Origin: Ranitomeya imitator
Taxonomy: Eukaryota
Assembly: GCF_032444005.1 (NCBI RefSeq)
Contig: NC_091287.1
Span: 503,936,001 to 504,000,000 of the forward strand
Direction of reading: 5' to 3'
Length of the DNA stretch: 64,000 nucleotides
Of the stretch, positions 47,052 to 60,469 are shown in pieces (position 1 is the first letter of the stretch; every line of letters starts with the position of its first letter). A program made the position numbers and the translations under genes. Under the pieces are notes generated by a model. The model was given only the letters and a program-made list of their open reading frames with translations, searched no databases and had not been told where the DNA came from.

Positions 47052-47690
47052 TTAAAGTGAACTTCTGTCACTAGGTTTGGCCGATAAGAGATACGGCCAT
47101 CACCTTTCAGGGCTGATATACAGCATTCTATAATGCTGTACATCTGCCCCCAACCCAACCTGCAAAAGGAGAAAACTTTTACTATACTCACCTGCGGGGT
47201 GGGACGGTCCAATGGGCGTCGCAGGTCTTGGTCTGGCTCTTCCCTTCTCCTTGCGATGCCGCCCTCCTGCTTACTTCGTGTGGATGACGTGTCTCCTCAG
47301 CACCGCGCTCCTGTGCAGGCGTATTTATGTCCTGTTGAGGGCAGAGCAAAGTACTGCAATGCGCAGGTGGCGGGAAAGGTCAAAGAGCCCCAGCGCATGT
47401 GCTCTGCAGTACCTTGCTCTGCCCTCGACAGGGCAGAGAAGTACGCCCACGCAGGAACGCTGTGCCGAGGAGACTGTGTGGATGACAAAGCAACCAGGAG
47501 GATGGGGATAGTAAGAAGAAGAGTGACACCCACCGGACCACCCCGCAGGTGAGTATAATAAAAGGTGTTTTTCTTCTCTTACAGGTTGGGTTGGGGGAAG
47601 ATATACAGCCTTATAGAATGCTGTATATCAGCCCTGAATGGTGATGGCCGTAACTTATACCGGCCAAAACTGGAGACAGGTTCATTTTAA
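47052..47690. mobile_element. T2/Kolobok-type MITE
   Basis: TTAA flanks; long arms (GGCCGATAAG...CAGGGCTGATATACAGCATTCTATAA) repeated in inverse. Confidence 0.8.
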
Positions 47691-47750
47691 GATTAAATGC
47701 TGTGTTGTCACACATCTTTCTCACCATATTCACTAAGCTACCATTATAGC

Positions 47751-48815
47751 ATTATTATTATTAGACATTTTTATAGCGCCATTTTTTCATGGCGCTTTAC
47801 ATGTGAAAAGAGGCAAATATAGAAAAATAATATAGATAAAGTACAATAATATAGATAAAGTACAATAAACATGAGCAAAAACAAGGCACACACAAATAAA
47901 GAAGGAGAGACGACCCTGCCCGCGAGGGCTCACAGTCTACAGCGGATGGGTGAGGATACACTAGGAGAGGGTAGAGCTGGTTGTGTGGTGGTTCAGCAGA
48001 CTAAGGATCACTGCAGGTTGTAGGCTTGTCGGAGGAGGTGAGTCTTCAGGTTCTTTTTGAAGGTTTCCGTGGTAGGCGAGAGTCTGAGGTGTTGGGGTAG
48101 AGAGTTCCAGAGTATTGGGGAAGCACGGGAGAAGTCTTGTATGCGGTTGTGGGAAAAGGAGATGAGAGGGGAGTAGAGGAGGAGATCTTGTGAGGATCGG
48201 AGGGTGCGTGTAGGTAAGTACCGGGAGACGAGGTCACAGATGTATGGAGGAGACAGGTTGTAGATGGCGGTGTCATAGTAAGGGTTTTGAACTGGAGCCT
48301 CTGGACAATAGGAAGCCTGTGAAGGGCTTTGCATAGGGGAGAGGCTGAGGAATAGCGGGGAGACAGGTCGATTAGTCGGTTAGCAGAATGTAGGATGGAT
48401 TGGAGTGGTGCCAGAGTGCTAGAGGGGAGGCCAGAGAGTAGGAGGTTGCAGTAGTCGAGGCGGGAGATGATAAGGGCGCGCACTAGTGTTTTTGTGGTTT
48501 CGTTGTCAAGGAATGCGCGGATCCAGGAAATATTTTTGAGTTTGAGACGGCAGGAGGAGGCAAGGGCTTGGATATGTGGCTTGAAGGAGAGGATCACCCC
48601 GAAGCACCGAGTGTGCAGGACTGGGGAAAGTGAGCAGCCATTGACATTGATAGATAGGTTTGGTGGAGGGGTAGAGTGAGAAGGGGAAAGATGATGAATT
48701 CTGTTTTGTCCATGTCCAGTTTTAGAAAGCGAGCAGAAAAGAAGGCCGAGATAGCAGACAGACAGTGTGGCATTTTGGTCAGAAAGGAGGTGAGGTCAGG
48801 TCCGGATAGGTAGAT
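47751..48815 (-). mobile_element. L2 LINE 3' fragment (RT C-terminus, 3' UTR, tail)
   Basis: ALIISRLDYCNLLLSGLP...PILWNSLPQHLR...FKKNLKTHL; L2 tail TGTAAAGCGCCATG...GGCGCTATA. Confidence 0.85.
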
Positions 48816-49040
48816 CTACCATTATTGGTGGTTGTAGAATTGTATTATTTAACTTTGGCTTTGGAAAGGAAAAGAAAAAGATTTGGAGAAACCCTATTTA
48901 AATGACAGTGACATTAGCAACTTCACTGTAGTCCACCTGGGATAAACCCATTTACAATTATTGATGACTGCAGACTATAGCGTTACATAATGAGGCACTG
49001 GGGTGGGGTGGGCACCAGACTAGCTAAAATGGCACTATAA

Positions 49041-49329
49041 GGCCTCATTCAGACGTCCATTTTTCAACTACTTTCAAAAACTAATCATAGAAATGTCCAT
49101 TCTGAGTCGTGGATCAAAAGTCTATGGATCCATGAAAATCAGCCAACAGATGGCATCAGTGTGCTGTTCGTGATTAACATTGTAATGTATTGGAGAAGCT
49201 TTGTAATTCATTTTTTTTATATGAGAAAATCACTGATGAAATACCAAACACCGATAAAAATTGGATGAAAAATACTGATGACGTTAGGACCGTTTTTTAG
49301 CTAAAAATCACTAACATCTGATTGAGACC
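49041..49329. mobile_element. Harbinger-type MITE (diverged)
   Basis: TAA-GGCCTCATTCAGACG ... CATCTGATTGAGACC-TAA. Confidence 0.6.
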
Positions 49330-49565
49330 TAAATGGTGGCATTGTGGTCACCTAGTTCATCCACAGAATTTATGGATGACCCATGGAGGGACCCTACAGC
49401 AGTGCTGTAACTTGAAGCTTGTAGGCCCCAATCACAAATCTTCTACAGGGCCCCCAACTAGCATGGGTCTTCAATGAACTTGGTCTCCTATGGTCCAAAA
49501 AGGAGCTTTTGGTCTCCCCTAGGCTTTAGGCAGCCAGTAGAGCTGCACCAACGCACACCAATGAT

Positions 49566-51013
49566 CATAGTAACATAGTAACATAGTTAGTAAGGCCGAA
49601 AAAAGACATTTGTCCATCCAGTTCAGCCTATATTCCATCATAATAAATCCCCAGATCTACGTCCTTCTACAGAACCTAATTGTATGATACAATATTGTTC
49701 TGCTCCAGGAAGACATCCAGGCCTCTCTTGAACCCCTCGACTGAGTTCGCCATCACCACCTCCTCAGGCAAGCAATTCCAGATTCTCACTGCCCTAACAG
49801 TAAAGAATCCTCCTCTATGTTGGTGGAAAAACCTTCTCTCCTCCAGACGCAAAGAATGCCCCCTTGTGCCCGTCACCTTCCTTGGTATAAACAGATCCTC
49901 AGCGAGATATTTGTATTGTCCCCTTATATACTTATACATGGTTATTAGATCGCCCCTCAGTCGTCTTTTTTCTAGACTAAATAATCCTAATTTCGCTAAT
50001 CTATCTGGGTATTGTAGTTCTCCCATCCCCTTTATTAATTTTGTTGCCCTCCTTTGTACTCTCTCTAGTTCCATTATATCCTTCCTGAGCACCGGTGCCC
50101 AAAACTGGACACAGTACTCCATGTGCGGTCTAACTAGGGATTTGTACAGAGGCAGTATAATGCTCTCATCATGTGTATCCAGACCTCTTTTAATGCACCC
50201 CATGATCCTGTTTGCCTTGGCAGCTGCTGCCTGGCACTGGCTGCTCCAGGTAAGTTTATCATTAACTAGGATCCCCAAGTCCTTCTCCCTGTCAGATTTA
50301 CCCAGTGGTTTCCCGTTCAGTGTGTAATGGTGACATTGATTCCTTCTTCCCATGTGTATAACCTTACATTTATCATTGTTAAACCTCATCTGCCACCTTT
50401 CAGCCCAAGTTTCCAACTTATCCAGATCCATCTGTAGCAGAATACTATCTTCTCTTGTATTAACTGCTTTACATAGTTTTGTATCATCTGCAAATATCGA
50501 TATTTTACTGTGTAAACCTTCTACCAGATCATTAATGAATATGTTGAAGAGAACAGGTCCCAATACTGACCCCTGCGGTACCCCACTGGTCACGGCGACC
50601 CAGTTAGAGACTATACCATTTATAACCACCCTCTGCTTTCTATCACTTAGCCAGTTACTAACCCATTTACACACATTTTCCCCCAGACCAAGCATTCTCA
50701 TTTTGTGTACCAACCTCTTGTGCGGCACGGTATCAAACGCTTTGGAAAAATCGAGATATACCACGTCCAATGACTCACCGTGGTCCAGTCTATAGTTTAC
50801 CTCTTCATAAAAACTGATTAGATTGGTTTGACAGGAGCGATTTCTCATAAACCCATGCTGATATGGAGTTAAACAGTTATTCTCATTGAGATAATCCAGA
50901 ATAACATCCCTCAGAAACCCTTCAAATATTTTACCAACAATAGAGGTTAGACTTACTGGCCTATAATTTCCAGGTTCACTTTTAGAGCCCTTTTTGAATA
51001 TTGGCACCACATT
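49566..51013 (-). mobile_element. CR1 copy 2, 5'-truncated, RT frame open
   Basis: Nearly identical to 39107-40560; (TTACTATG)n tail. Confidence 0.93.
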
Positions 51014-51329
51014 CACACAGATCACACAGATTCCAGCAATTAAAATTAGGAAAACCTCTGTTGCTGCAGTGAGGATAACTCTATGGCTGATCAGCTAATA
51101 TTCTTTATTTCTCTCTGACCTTATACTTTACTGCCTGTGGAGTTTACACTGTCTGGTGTCACCGAGGCATAAACTAGGTCACGTCTGGTCTTCTAAGAGC
51201 AGCTTTCACTGAGAACAGCAGACAGGAGACGATCAATAAATCCATAGATCTGATTGTCCCTGTCCCATAAATGCCAATTGTATAGTCTGGAGCTAATCAC
51301 TAGTGAAAGTTAAGAAGAGAAAGGGGGCA

Positions 51330-51445
51330 GGAGCAACCAATCAGAGGGCGTGCCTGTAAGATGGGGGCTGGCGCATCCAATGAGAGGGCGTGCTCAGGAG
51401 AAGGGGGGCTGCTGCAGCCAATCAGACCGCGGGCTTCAAAGTGAA
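51330..51445 (+). promoter_or_regulatory. Host-gene promoter: three CCAAT boxes 40-41 bp apart plus a CHR-like TTCAAA
   Basis: CCAAT at 51337, 51377, 51418; CGCGG 51428-51432; TTCAAA 51435-51440; CpG-rich, non-repeat sequence. Confidence 0.7.
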
Positions 51446-51604
51446 CTTCAGGAACTTCTCACCGTGGGAGAGCAGCAGGCACGGAGGGTCATCGCTCACG
51501 GTGCGGGCGGGTGCTGGGTGTGTGGAATCCGGGTGATCGCCCGAGGGTGACACTAGGTGGATTATATCAGCTCGGTGATCCTGGAAAGTCTGTCCTCCCT
51601 GCAG
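51445..51604 (+). other. Probable non-coding first exon
   Basis: CpG-rich stretch after the promoter ending at a consensus donor CAG|GTAAGA (51604/51605); start site approximate. Confidence 0.55.
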
Positions 51605-51859
51605 GTAAGATCCAGCACTGGTCCTCATTCTGGGGTCTGTCCGTGCTGCTCTGAGGGTGGGGAGGAGGGATGACAGGCAGGGAAAGGAGGAGGCTGGGGA
51701 CAATGGCAGCCGGGAGGGCAAAAGAGCAGCCAGGGGGACAACACAGAGACAGCAGTGAAAAGATCAGCAGGAAGAATGGAAGAAGTGAGCGATAAAGGAG
51801 GAGAAGGAGAAAGGGGTTCTATTCTGTCCTAGAGACAGGTGCACTGGTGTCATGGGGGC

Positions 51860-52700
51860 AATGGAAGCTGTGCTGATATGGGGAGGCTGTGCAGATATGG
51901 GGAGGCTGTGCAGATATGGGGAGGCTGTGCAGATATGGGGAGGCTGTGCAGATATGGGGAGGCTGTGGTGTATGGGGAGGCTGTGCAGATATGGGGAGGC
52001 TGTGCCAGTATGGGGAGGCTGTGCCAGTATGGGGAGGCTGTGGTGTATGGGGAGGCTGTGCCAGTATGGGGAGGCTGTGCCGGTATGGGGAGGCTGTGCC
52101 GATATGGGGAGGCTGTGCAGATATGGGGAGGCTGGTGTATGGGGAGGCTGTGCCGATATAGGGAGGCTGTGCCGGTATGGGGAGGCTGTGCCGGTATGGG
52201 GAGGCTGTGCCGGTATGGGATGCTATGCTACAGGTACGGACTGGGGCTGAAATTCAGCCCTGGCATTTGAAATCACTCAGGCCCATGTTGTCCTCGTCCC
52301 CAAGAACCAGATGGGATATATTACTAATATTACCCTGGATGGAGGAAAGAAAGATTTACTACATGACTAATATTTCAAATGATACCCTTGACCTCCTGGG
52401 GTAGGTGACTGAGTCAGTGACTTTGTGCTTCATCACAACTGTTAACAGTATGGGTGTCCTGAGAACATCGATTCTGTTAACAATGTAGCAGACAAAGCAG
52501 CCCACAACCAGACCGGCCCTTCTGGCATTTGCCAGAATTGCCCAATGGCCAGTCCGGCCCTGCTATGCTATATGGCAGGCTGGACTGTATGGGAGGCTAT
52601 GCTATATGGCAGGCTGGACTGTATGGGAGGCTATGCTATATGGCAGGCTGGACTGTATGGGAGGCTATGCTATATGGCAGGCTGGGCTGTATGGGAGTCT
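51860..52700. repeat. G-rich minisatellites (19-bp TATGGGGAGGCTGTGCAGA; 34-bp unit at 52563-52700)
   Basis: Visible tandem units; spurious Gly/Cys ORFs. Confidence 0.9.
52231..52562. mobile_element. 332-bp hAT MITE, same family as 8537-13570, inverted
   Basis: CAGGTACGGACTGG / CCAGTCCGGCCCTG; exact TSD CTATGCTA. Confidence 0.88.
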
Positions 52701-53044
52701 GTTGGAGAATTCTTCAGTCGCATGATGCAACTATTTATTTATTTCATTTTTTATTTTGAAACTCGACTCCCACATGGATATTGCTTCCCATTGAGGTCTG
52801 TTGCAATATCTGCTGCTGTTTCATGACTTTATGAATGTGCGACTAATGCGGTACCGGATCTGTGCTAATCTGGCCATACACATAGATGGCATTTGGCTGA
52901 CTGCTAACAGCTTGTATTCACATGGAGTTTTGTTAAGTGGATTCTCTCCAAAATCCCACTCAGAATGACTTGGGAAAACTCTTCCTATTTACTATCAAGG
53001 AATATCAACTACTGTTTATAGAATTTGTTTTTTTTTATTTTCTC

Positions 53045-54231
53045 TGAAAGGGAATCTGTCAGCAGGTTTTTGCTACCTCCTCTGGGAGCAGCATGATGTA
53101 GACAAAGAGGAGCTGAATCCACCATGTATCACGTAAGGTATGTTTCCACGTTCAGGAAACGCTGTGTTGAGCCGCAGCGTCCAGATGTTACAGCATAGTG
53201 GAGGGGATTTAATGCAGTAAAAGACGCATGCGGCAGACCCGCGGAAACGCACATGCGGTGCGTCTTTTAAGAATGCAGCATGTCCTTACATTGCAGAAAA
53301 AAACGCAAGGACAACACAGGTGACCTGCCAGTGACCTCAGGTGCAGATTTGGTCAGGATTTTACCTGCATAAAATCCTGACCAAATCCTGAATGTGAACA
53401 CATACCCTTAGATTACTGGGTGCAGCCGTTCTCACAGAATCAGAGCTTTTAGAGTTAGCAATACAGCAGAGCTGAGGAAGCTAACCCCGCCCACACCATG
53501 CTCTCTTTGTAGAAAATCCATAGACATGTGCTCTTCACAGCCGGGGGCGTTGTCGGACTAGGCGGCATATGCTGCTGTCCAGCAATGATAAGCTTCCCCT
53601 ACTAAAATAATCATTGCACGCAAACAAAAGAATGGAGCTTGATAAGAGACGCATCTCTGAAATTTATGTTTTAACTTCTACAGCATGCTGTCTTCAAATT
53701 ACATAGGAAAAACCTGCTGATGGATTCCATTTAAAGGGCATCTGTCAGAAGAATGCACCCTTCTAAGCCGTCTATTTAGGCATGCAGGTCATAGAAAGAT
53801 GAATAAAATGTTACCTTGGTTTCTGTGAGCCAATGTTTTATTCCAGATAAATCCACTCTCTTACTATGTGAATGAGCTGTTCAGATCTATGGGCGGGACA
53901 TAGATCTCCCTGAGAATCTGCCTCCAGAGCTTATTTTAAATGAAAGGGGGCGTTACCAGTGTGAGACATGTAATGACTGACAGGCCAATCTCCTGATCTA
54001 CATGTCTCACACTGATAACTTCCCCTTTCATTTAACATAAGATACTCGGAGAGATCTATGTCCGGCCCATAGTCCTGAACAGCTCATTTACATATTAAGG
54101 AAAACATGGATTTCTCTTGAATAAGACATCGGATCGCAGATATTGAGGTATCCCTGTATTCAGCTTCCTATGACCTACATGTCCATATAGACGCTTAGGA
54201 GGGTAGATCCTACTGACAGATCCCATTTTAA
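53045..54231. mobile_element. Two adjacent T2-type MITEs sharing a TTAA (53045-53734, 53731-54231), the first with a nested Harbinger-type MITE (53137-53407)
   Basis: AGGGAATCTGTCAG/CTGATGGATTCCAT and AGGGCATCTGTCAG/CTGACAGATCCCAT termini; nested GGTATGTTTCCAC/GTGAACACATACCC. Confidence 0.75.
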
Positions 54232-54625
54232 GACCTTTAGAGGTTTTTGAAAAACACCTGATTAGGGGAGAGAGAGTTCATGTCACTTTTTGCTCAGATC
54301 TTGATGGAATCCGCTCCAAAATGAGCACTGTCCAATCACAAGACTGCAAAAAAACGCTTTCAAAACTGTTTCAGGAAAAGGAAAACTCATTGTTTTTTGA
54401 TTGCCTTAAAACTGTGTGAACATGGCCGGAGGGGGATTAGTGACTGATATTTCTAGTGCTGTGCGAACACACCCAAATAGAGACGAGCAAAGTCTTTTTT
54501 CTGAGTTTTTGAGAGTGGAAACTTTCTAAAATCCTCCTCTGAAGCTTGAAGTTTCCACTTCAAAAACTCAGCATAAAGCCTCCCCCTTAGGGCTTTTCAG
54601 ACGAGCAGATTATACAGACGCGCAC

Positions 54626-55429
54626 TGTTATGAAAGGCAATTCAGTACCACAATGGACATAGCGGTCAGAGCACATACAGTGATCTGACAATAACCCCAA
54701 ATCATAGAACGAGCTCTGAGACGTGGGAACTCTGCAGACCGCAATCCCCAATCCTCTCCAAACAACACTAGAGGCAGCCGTGGATTGCGCCTAACTCTGC
54801 CTATGCAACTCGGCAAAGCCTGAGAAACTAACTAGCCTGAAGATAGAAAATAAGCCTACCTTGCCTCAGAGAAATACCCCAAAGGAAAAGGCAGCCCCCC
54901 ACATATAATGACTGTGAGTTAAGATGAAAAGACAAACGTAGAGATGAAATAGATTCAGCAAAGTGAGGCCCGACTTTCTTAACAGAGCGAGGATAGAAAA
55001 GGCAACTTTGCGGTCTACACAAAACCCTAAAGAAAACCACGCAAAGGGGGCAAAAAGACCCTCCGTACCGAACCAACGGCACGGAGGTACACCCTTTGCG
55101 TCCCAGAGCTTCCAGCAACAAATTAGACAAGCTGGACAGAAAAAAATAGCAAACAAATAGCAAAGAAGCACTTAGCTATGCAGAGCAGCAGGCCACAGGA
55201 ATGATCCAGGGAAAAACAAGTCCAACACTGGAACATTGACAGGAAGCCAGGATCAAAGCATTAGGTGGAGTTAAGTAGAGAAGCACCTAACGACCTCACC
55301 AGATCACCTGAGGGAGGAAACTCAGAAGCCGCAGTACCACTTCCCTCCACCAACAGAAGCTCACAGAGAGAATCAGCCGAAGTACCACTTGTGACCACAG
55401 GAGGGAGCTCTGCCACAGAATTCACAACA
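54626..55429. mobile_element. Solo LTR (804 bp) related to the Gypsy LTR at 1575-2315
   Basis: TGTTATGA...TCACAACA; direct repeat GCGCAC on both sides. Confidence 0.9.
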
Positions 55430-55799
55430 GCGCACTAGTCGTACCGCAGCACTGTCTAATGTAATTCAGTTTGGCTGTGTTCAGTCCAAATTACAATTTA
55501 ATTTTAAAAAAACAAATCGCAACCTGCACAATCCTCTTCCGTGTATCGGATGAGACTCACCCGTTCAAGTTTCAGTAAAAAAAAAAAAAAAAAAAAAAAA
55601 TTGGATCCCATATAGATCTGTATAGCACTCAGTTTTTATTTTTTTTACAGATCCATTGCAATTATTAACATAGGAAACTGTATTTTGTATTTTTAAAATA
55701 CTACTTTATAAAAACAAGGATTCAATATGGACAAAAAAATAGAAGATGAATGCAGATGACTGTAGAGATGAAAATTGTTATATATATATATAAAATATA

Positions 55800-57587
55800 C
55801 TAGCTGAAGAGCCCGGCGTTGCCTGGGCATAGTAAATATCTGTGGTTAGTTATAGGACCTCACTTCTCTTATTTTCCCATCATGCCTCTCATTTTCCCAA
55901 TCACATCTTTCATTTTCCCCCTCACTCCTCTCATTCCCCCCTAACACTTGTCATTTCGACCTCACATCTGTCATTTTCCGATCACTCCACTATTTTCCCT
56001 CACTCCTCTCATTTTGCCCTCACACCTTTTCATTTTCACCTCACACCTCTCATTTTCACCTCCGTATATACATGTTTGTCATCTCCCTTATATAGTATAC
56101 ACCTGTATGTCATCTCCTGTGTATAGTATATACCTGCTGTGTGTCATCTCCCCTGTATATAGTATATACCTGCTGTGTGTCATCTCCCCTGTATATAGTG
56201 TATACCTGCTGTGTGTCATCTCCCCTGTATATAGTATATACCTGTATGTCATCTCCTATATATAGTATATACCTCTGTCATCTCCTTCTATATATATATA
56301 TATAGTATATATCTGTGTCATCTCCCCTGTATATAGTATATATCTGTGTGTCATCTCCTCCTGCATATAGTATATACCTGTATGTTATCTTCTATATATA
56401 GCATATACCTGTATGTCATCTCCTCCTGTATATAGTATATACCTGTATGTCATCTCCTCCTCTATATAGTATATACCTGTGTGTCATCTCCCCTGTATAT
56501 AGTATATACGTGTGTCATCTCCCCTGTATATAGTATATATCTGTGTCATCTCCACTGTATATAGTATATATCTGTATGTCATCTCCTCCTGTATTAGACC
56601 TCGTTCACACATTATTTGCTCAGTATTTTTACCTCAGTATTTGTAAGCTAAATTGGCAGCCTGATAAATCCCCAGCCAACAGGAAGCCCTCCCCCCTGGC
56701 AGTATATATTAGCTCACACATACACATAATAGACAGGTCATGTGACTGACAGCTGGCGTATTTCCTCTATGGTACATTTGTTGCTCTTGTAGTTTGTCTG
56801 CTTATTAAGCAGATTTTTATTTTTGAAGGATAATACCAGACTTGTGTTTGTTTTAGGGCGAGTTTCGTTTGTCAAGTTGTGTGTGTCGAGTTGCATGTGA
56901 CAGGTTAGTGTAGCAAGTTGTGTGCAGCAAGTTTTGCGCATGGCGAGTTTTGCGCATAGCGAGTTTTGTTTGGTGCCTTTTGAGTATGTGCAAGTTTTGT
57001 GTGAGGCAACTTTTGCATGTATTGCAACTTTTGTGCATGTGGCAATTTTTCCACGTGTGCAAGTTTTGCGTGTGGCGAGTTTTCCATGAGGTGAGTTTTG
57101 CACTTGTGGCGAGTTTTACGTGAGCCTAGTTTTTGCATGTGGCGAGTTTTGCGTGTGGCGAGTTTTGAGCGGCGACTTTTGTGTTTCGACTTTTATGTGG
57201 CGAGGTTGGTGTATTTGTGGTGAAATGTGTGCTGAGGGTGGTATATGTGTTCAAGCACGTGGTAGTGTGTGGCGCATTTTGTGTGTGTGTTCATATCCCC
57301 GTGTGTGGTGAGTATCCCATGCCGGGGCCCCACCTTAGCAACTGTACGGTATATACTCTCTTGCGCCATCGCTCTCACTCTTTAAGTCCCCCTTGTTCAC
57401 ATCTGGCAGCTGTCAATTTGCCTCAAACACTTTTCCTTTCACTTTTCCCCATTATGTAGATAGGGGCAAAATTGTTTGGTGAATTGGAAAGCGCGGGGTT
57501 AAAATTTCACCTCACAACATAGCCTATGACGCTCTCGGGGTCCAGACGTGTGACTGTGCAAAATCACACACATTCAGCTTTATATAT

Positions 57588-57591
<4 letters not shown>
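55800..57591 (-). mobile_element. Non-autonomous Helitron with internal minisatellites
   Basis: Minus-strand 3' end with hairpin CCCAGGCAACGCCGGG then CTAG followed by T; 5' end ATAATATATAAAGCTGAATGTGTG; no TSD; ~31-33-bp and ~16-bp tandem units inside. Confidence 0.75.
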
Positions 57592-57618
<27 letters not shown>

Positions 57619-58024
57619 TTTCTCATGAGCTCCCCTGACTCTGGTTTTAGAATATGAGGTTGGGTGTTAAAATCCAAGATGCCTGATTCTTGTTTTTCCT
57701 GATTGCTGATGTTGAGGGTATACAGACTAGTTACTTGGAGTCTCCGAGATTGACCTGATATTATGTGATAAGATCAGATTTAGTTCATTGTAGGGCTGGA
57801 GATAAGCTGCTGCCAGACAACTTCATTGGCGGAGTGAAAACGTGGAGATCAGTTAAAATCGATCTGGTCCCAACCTACTATGTATAAAATTGTCAGTAGA
57901 TCACATGAAAATTGGATCTACCACCTATATCCAGTATGTATGGCCGTCTGAGCGACATGATGACATCCTTCACCCGTAGATTAAGGCTATGCTCACATGC
58001 ATCAGCTGCTTTTGGCATTCAGAG

Positions 58025-58295
58025 TTTTATTTATTTACTTACTATGCTTTACTTACATATCGCTAACATATTCCGCAGCACTTTACACACATTATCATCA
58101 CTGTCCCCATTGGGGCTCACAATCTAAATTCCCTATCTGTATGTCTTCGGAGTGTGGGAGGAAACTGGAGAATCTGGAAGAAACCCACGCAAACACGGGG
58201 AGAACATACAGACTCCTTGCAGATGTTGTCCTTGGTGGGATTTGAACCAAGGGTTGCAAAGCTGCGGTGCTAGCCACTGAGCCACCGTGCTGCCC
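58025..58295 (-). mobile_element. tRNA-derived SINE, same family as 9345-9608
   Basis: A-box TGGCTCAGTGG, B-box GGTTCAAATCC, same body and tail. Confidence 0.8.
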
Positions 58296-59606
58296 TAAAT
58301 ATGCTAGTTATTGCAGTGTTTAGGGGTGCGAATGACATGTGTGTTTTCATTTACAGTAATTGTTTAATAAAGTTGGGGGGGGGGAGGTTTGCAGCATTTT
58401 TGCACTTTTTGCCTTCTATGGGTGCCAAAAACAATGGAACAATTGACATGCTGCACATTTCAAAAACACTCTAGTTCTCAAATTCACGGGTGGAAAAAAA
58501 AAAAAAAAAGCAAGTACAACAGATTTTTGAAATCTTGTAGCTTTTTCTGGTACTGTAAAATTAAAAAACAGTTGTTTTTTTTTGCATAAAAGGAGCCTCA
58601 AATGCAACATATGAACATATAAATTATACTAGAAAATCCTTCTTCTATAATCTATATATCCGGCATAGCATGGGGGTTTATCTTGTAGATTCCCTCTTGA
58701 TATTTCATGTTTTTTAATTGTTTGGTATTTTTCCACATTGTTTATACAAATGAAAGTATTTGGGTAATTATTGTTAAATGATCGCATCTCAATGTCTCCG
58801 TCCTGACCGTCTGCACGAAAGCCTGGCAGCCTTGTCTGGAGCTTTTCCTACCCTGAGATGCTCCATGGGCCCGGTGTAATTATCCCGCTTCTCCAGAGTT
58901 CACCTATTATCACTTTTTAATGACATGTTGGTGATTCGGTCTCCACAAAGCCGGGAGTTACGTGACACTTTGTATAGTCAATTGTTTAATTGTAGACTTC
59001 TTCTTTTACCAAATGACAGCCCAGTGCAGAATTTCTGGATGATGAGAGATTGGGAAGGAGGGGAACCAGGAACCGCCTAAACCTCTGGTAATGATTCTTC
59101 ACTAGATGATCATCACCTAAATTCCTATCTGTCGGGCTTTGTTCATATTGTGTTTTACCGTCACGTCAGAAGCTCTGGAAAATGGGACTTGGGTCATTGA
59201 CTGCAATGGTGCAGACAGTCACTGAGGGTATAATTTTCGGCCATATGTGCTTATTTATGACTGGCACCAAGACGTGGTAAGCTCATACCCCTATATCCCA
59301 TTCTTCCAGGGCATTGGACGTAAGCCCCTAAGGAGCAACTGACATAAGGATAACCCGCAATGTGAACCTGGCCTTAGAAAAAGATTCATTATGTGTGAAA
59401 CCTTTCTTGTATCCATTGCTCTCTCTATCTCATGTAAATTTGTCACTTCTAGCTCATATGTATCCATTCCATGTCCATTTTTATAAAGTTATGCGTTAAT
59501 CGCTCATAACTATTTGTGCAACTGTGGTTCTTCCAAAAAGCGTGTTTTGTTTTTTTTGTTTTTTTTAAATTTGCAAAATTTTTACTTGCAAAACCAGGAA
59601 CTCAAT

Positions 59607-59749
59607 NNNNNNNNNNNNNNNNNNNNNNNNNNNNNNNNNNNNNNNNNNNNNNNNNNNNNNNNNNNNNNNNNNNNNNNNNNNNNNNNNNNNNNNNNNNNNN
59701 NNNNNNNNNNNNNNNNNNNNNNNNNNNNNNNNNNNNNNNNNNNNNNNNN
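59607..59749. other. Assembly gap
   Basis: Run of N. Confidence 0.98.
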
Positions 59750-60321
59750 GCTTAGGAGATAACAGGAGGCACACTCTCTTCAGTGTTCAAGTGGGTTTAT
59801 TGCTCCATAAACCACATAGCAGCATGAACAACAGGTAAACAGTCTTACGTCAGACAGATGAATCCTCAATGTCCATAGTAGAGCTCCGCTCTCTCTCAGA
59901 CGTCTGTCCCCACTTGGAACCGTCCAACACACAGGCCACTCTGCAGTGTCCAGCCAGGACACATGGAAGTCTGTCCACTCTTGCAGACTCCCAAACACAC
60001 TCACCACATGGGCTACACACACCTCTTTACATAAGTGTAACCACACCCAGATGCCTGTCACATGGCCAGTCAGGTGAGTGTGACATCACCACAGGTCATT
60101 CAACACAAAACTATCTTAGGTATTCAAACACGCCTCTTAGGGTGGGTTTGTAGGTGACTGAACCCACCCATCTCTCCAATCACCTGGAAGCCTTCCCAAT
60201 GTAAACAAATCCCTCAGCAGTAGATCTGCTTGAGCAAAACATACCCAGGCTTCCATCACAGGGCCACCCACCTCTGCGATACATAGTGTCCATTAATCAC
60301 ATGACCTTTAGCCACGCTACA
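59750..60321 (-). mobile_element. Probable LTR truncated by the gap
   Basis: Terminus ...GCCACGCTACA (TGTAGCGTGGC on minus), minus-strand AATAAA near 59800, ATAT flank. Confidence 0.5.
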
Positions 60322-60328
60322 ATATACA

Positions 60329-60384
<56 letters not shown>

Positions 60385-60469
60385 ACAAGAATAAATGGAA
60401 CCTTTTTTTCTTTTTCTCATTGTTCTCGTTCACATTTTTTATTTTTTTTTGCAATCCATTTTTTGTTTT

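Noticed and set aside
52299-52401. Apparent + strand exon (MEERKIYYMTNISNDTLDLLG)
   Set aside because: Lies inside a TSD-flanked hAT MITE; no independent support.
57794-57933. AG/GT-bounded + strand segment
   Set aside because: The frame I followed hits TAA near 57885; no recognisable protein.
59020-59087. Possible + strand exon PSAEFLDDERLGRRGTRNRLNL (another at ~44246-44292)
   Set aside because: Splice signals are plausible, but there is no partner exon or recognisable homology.
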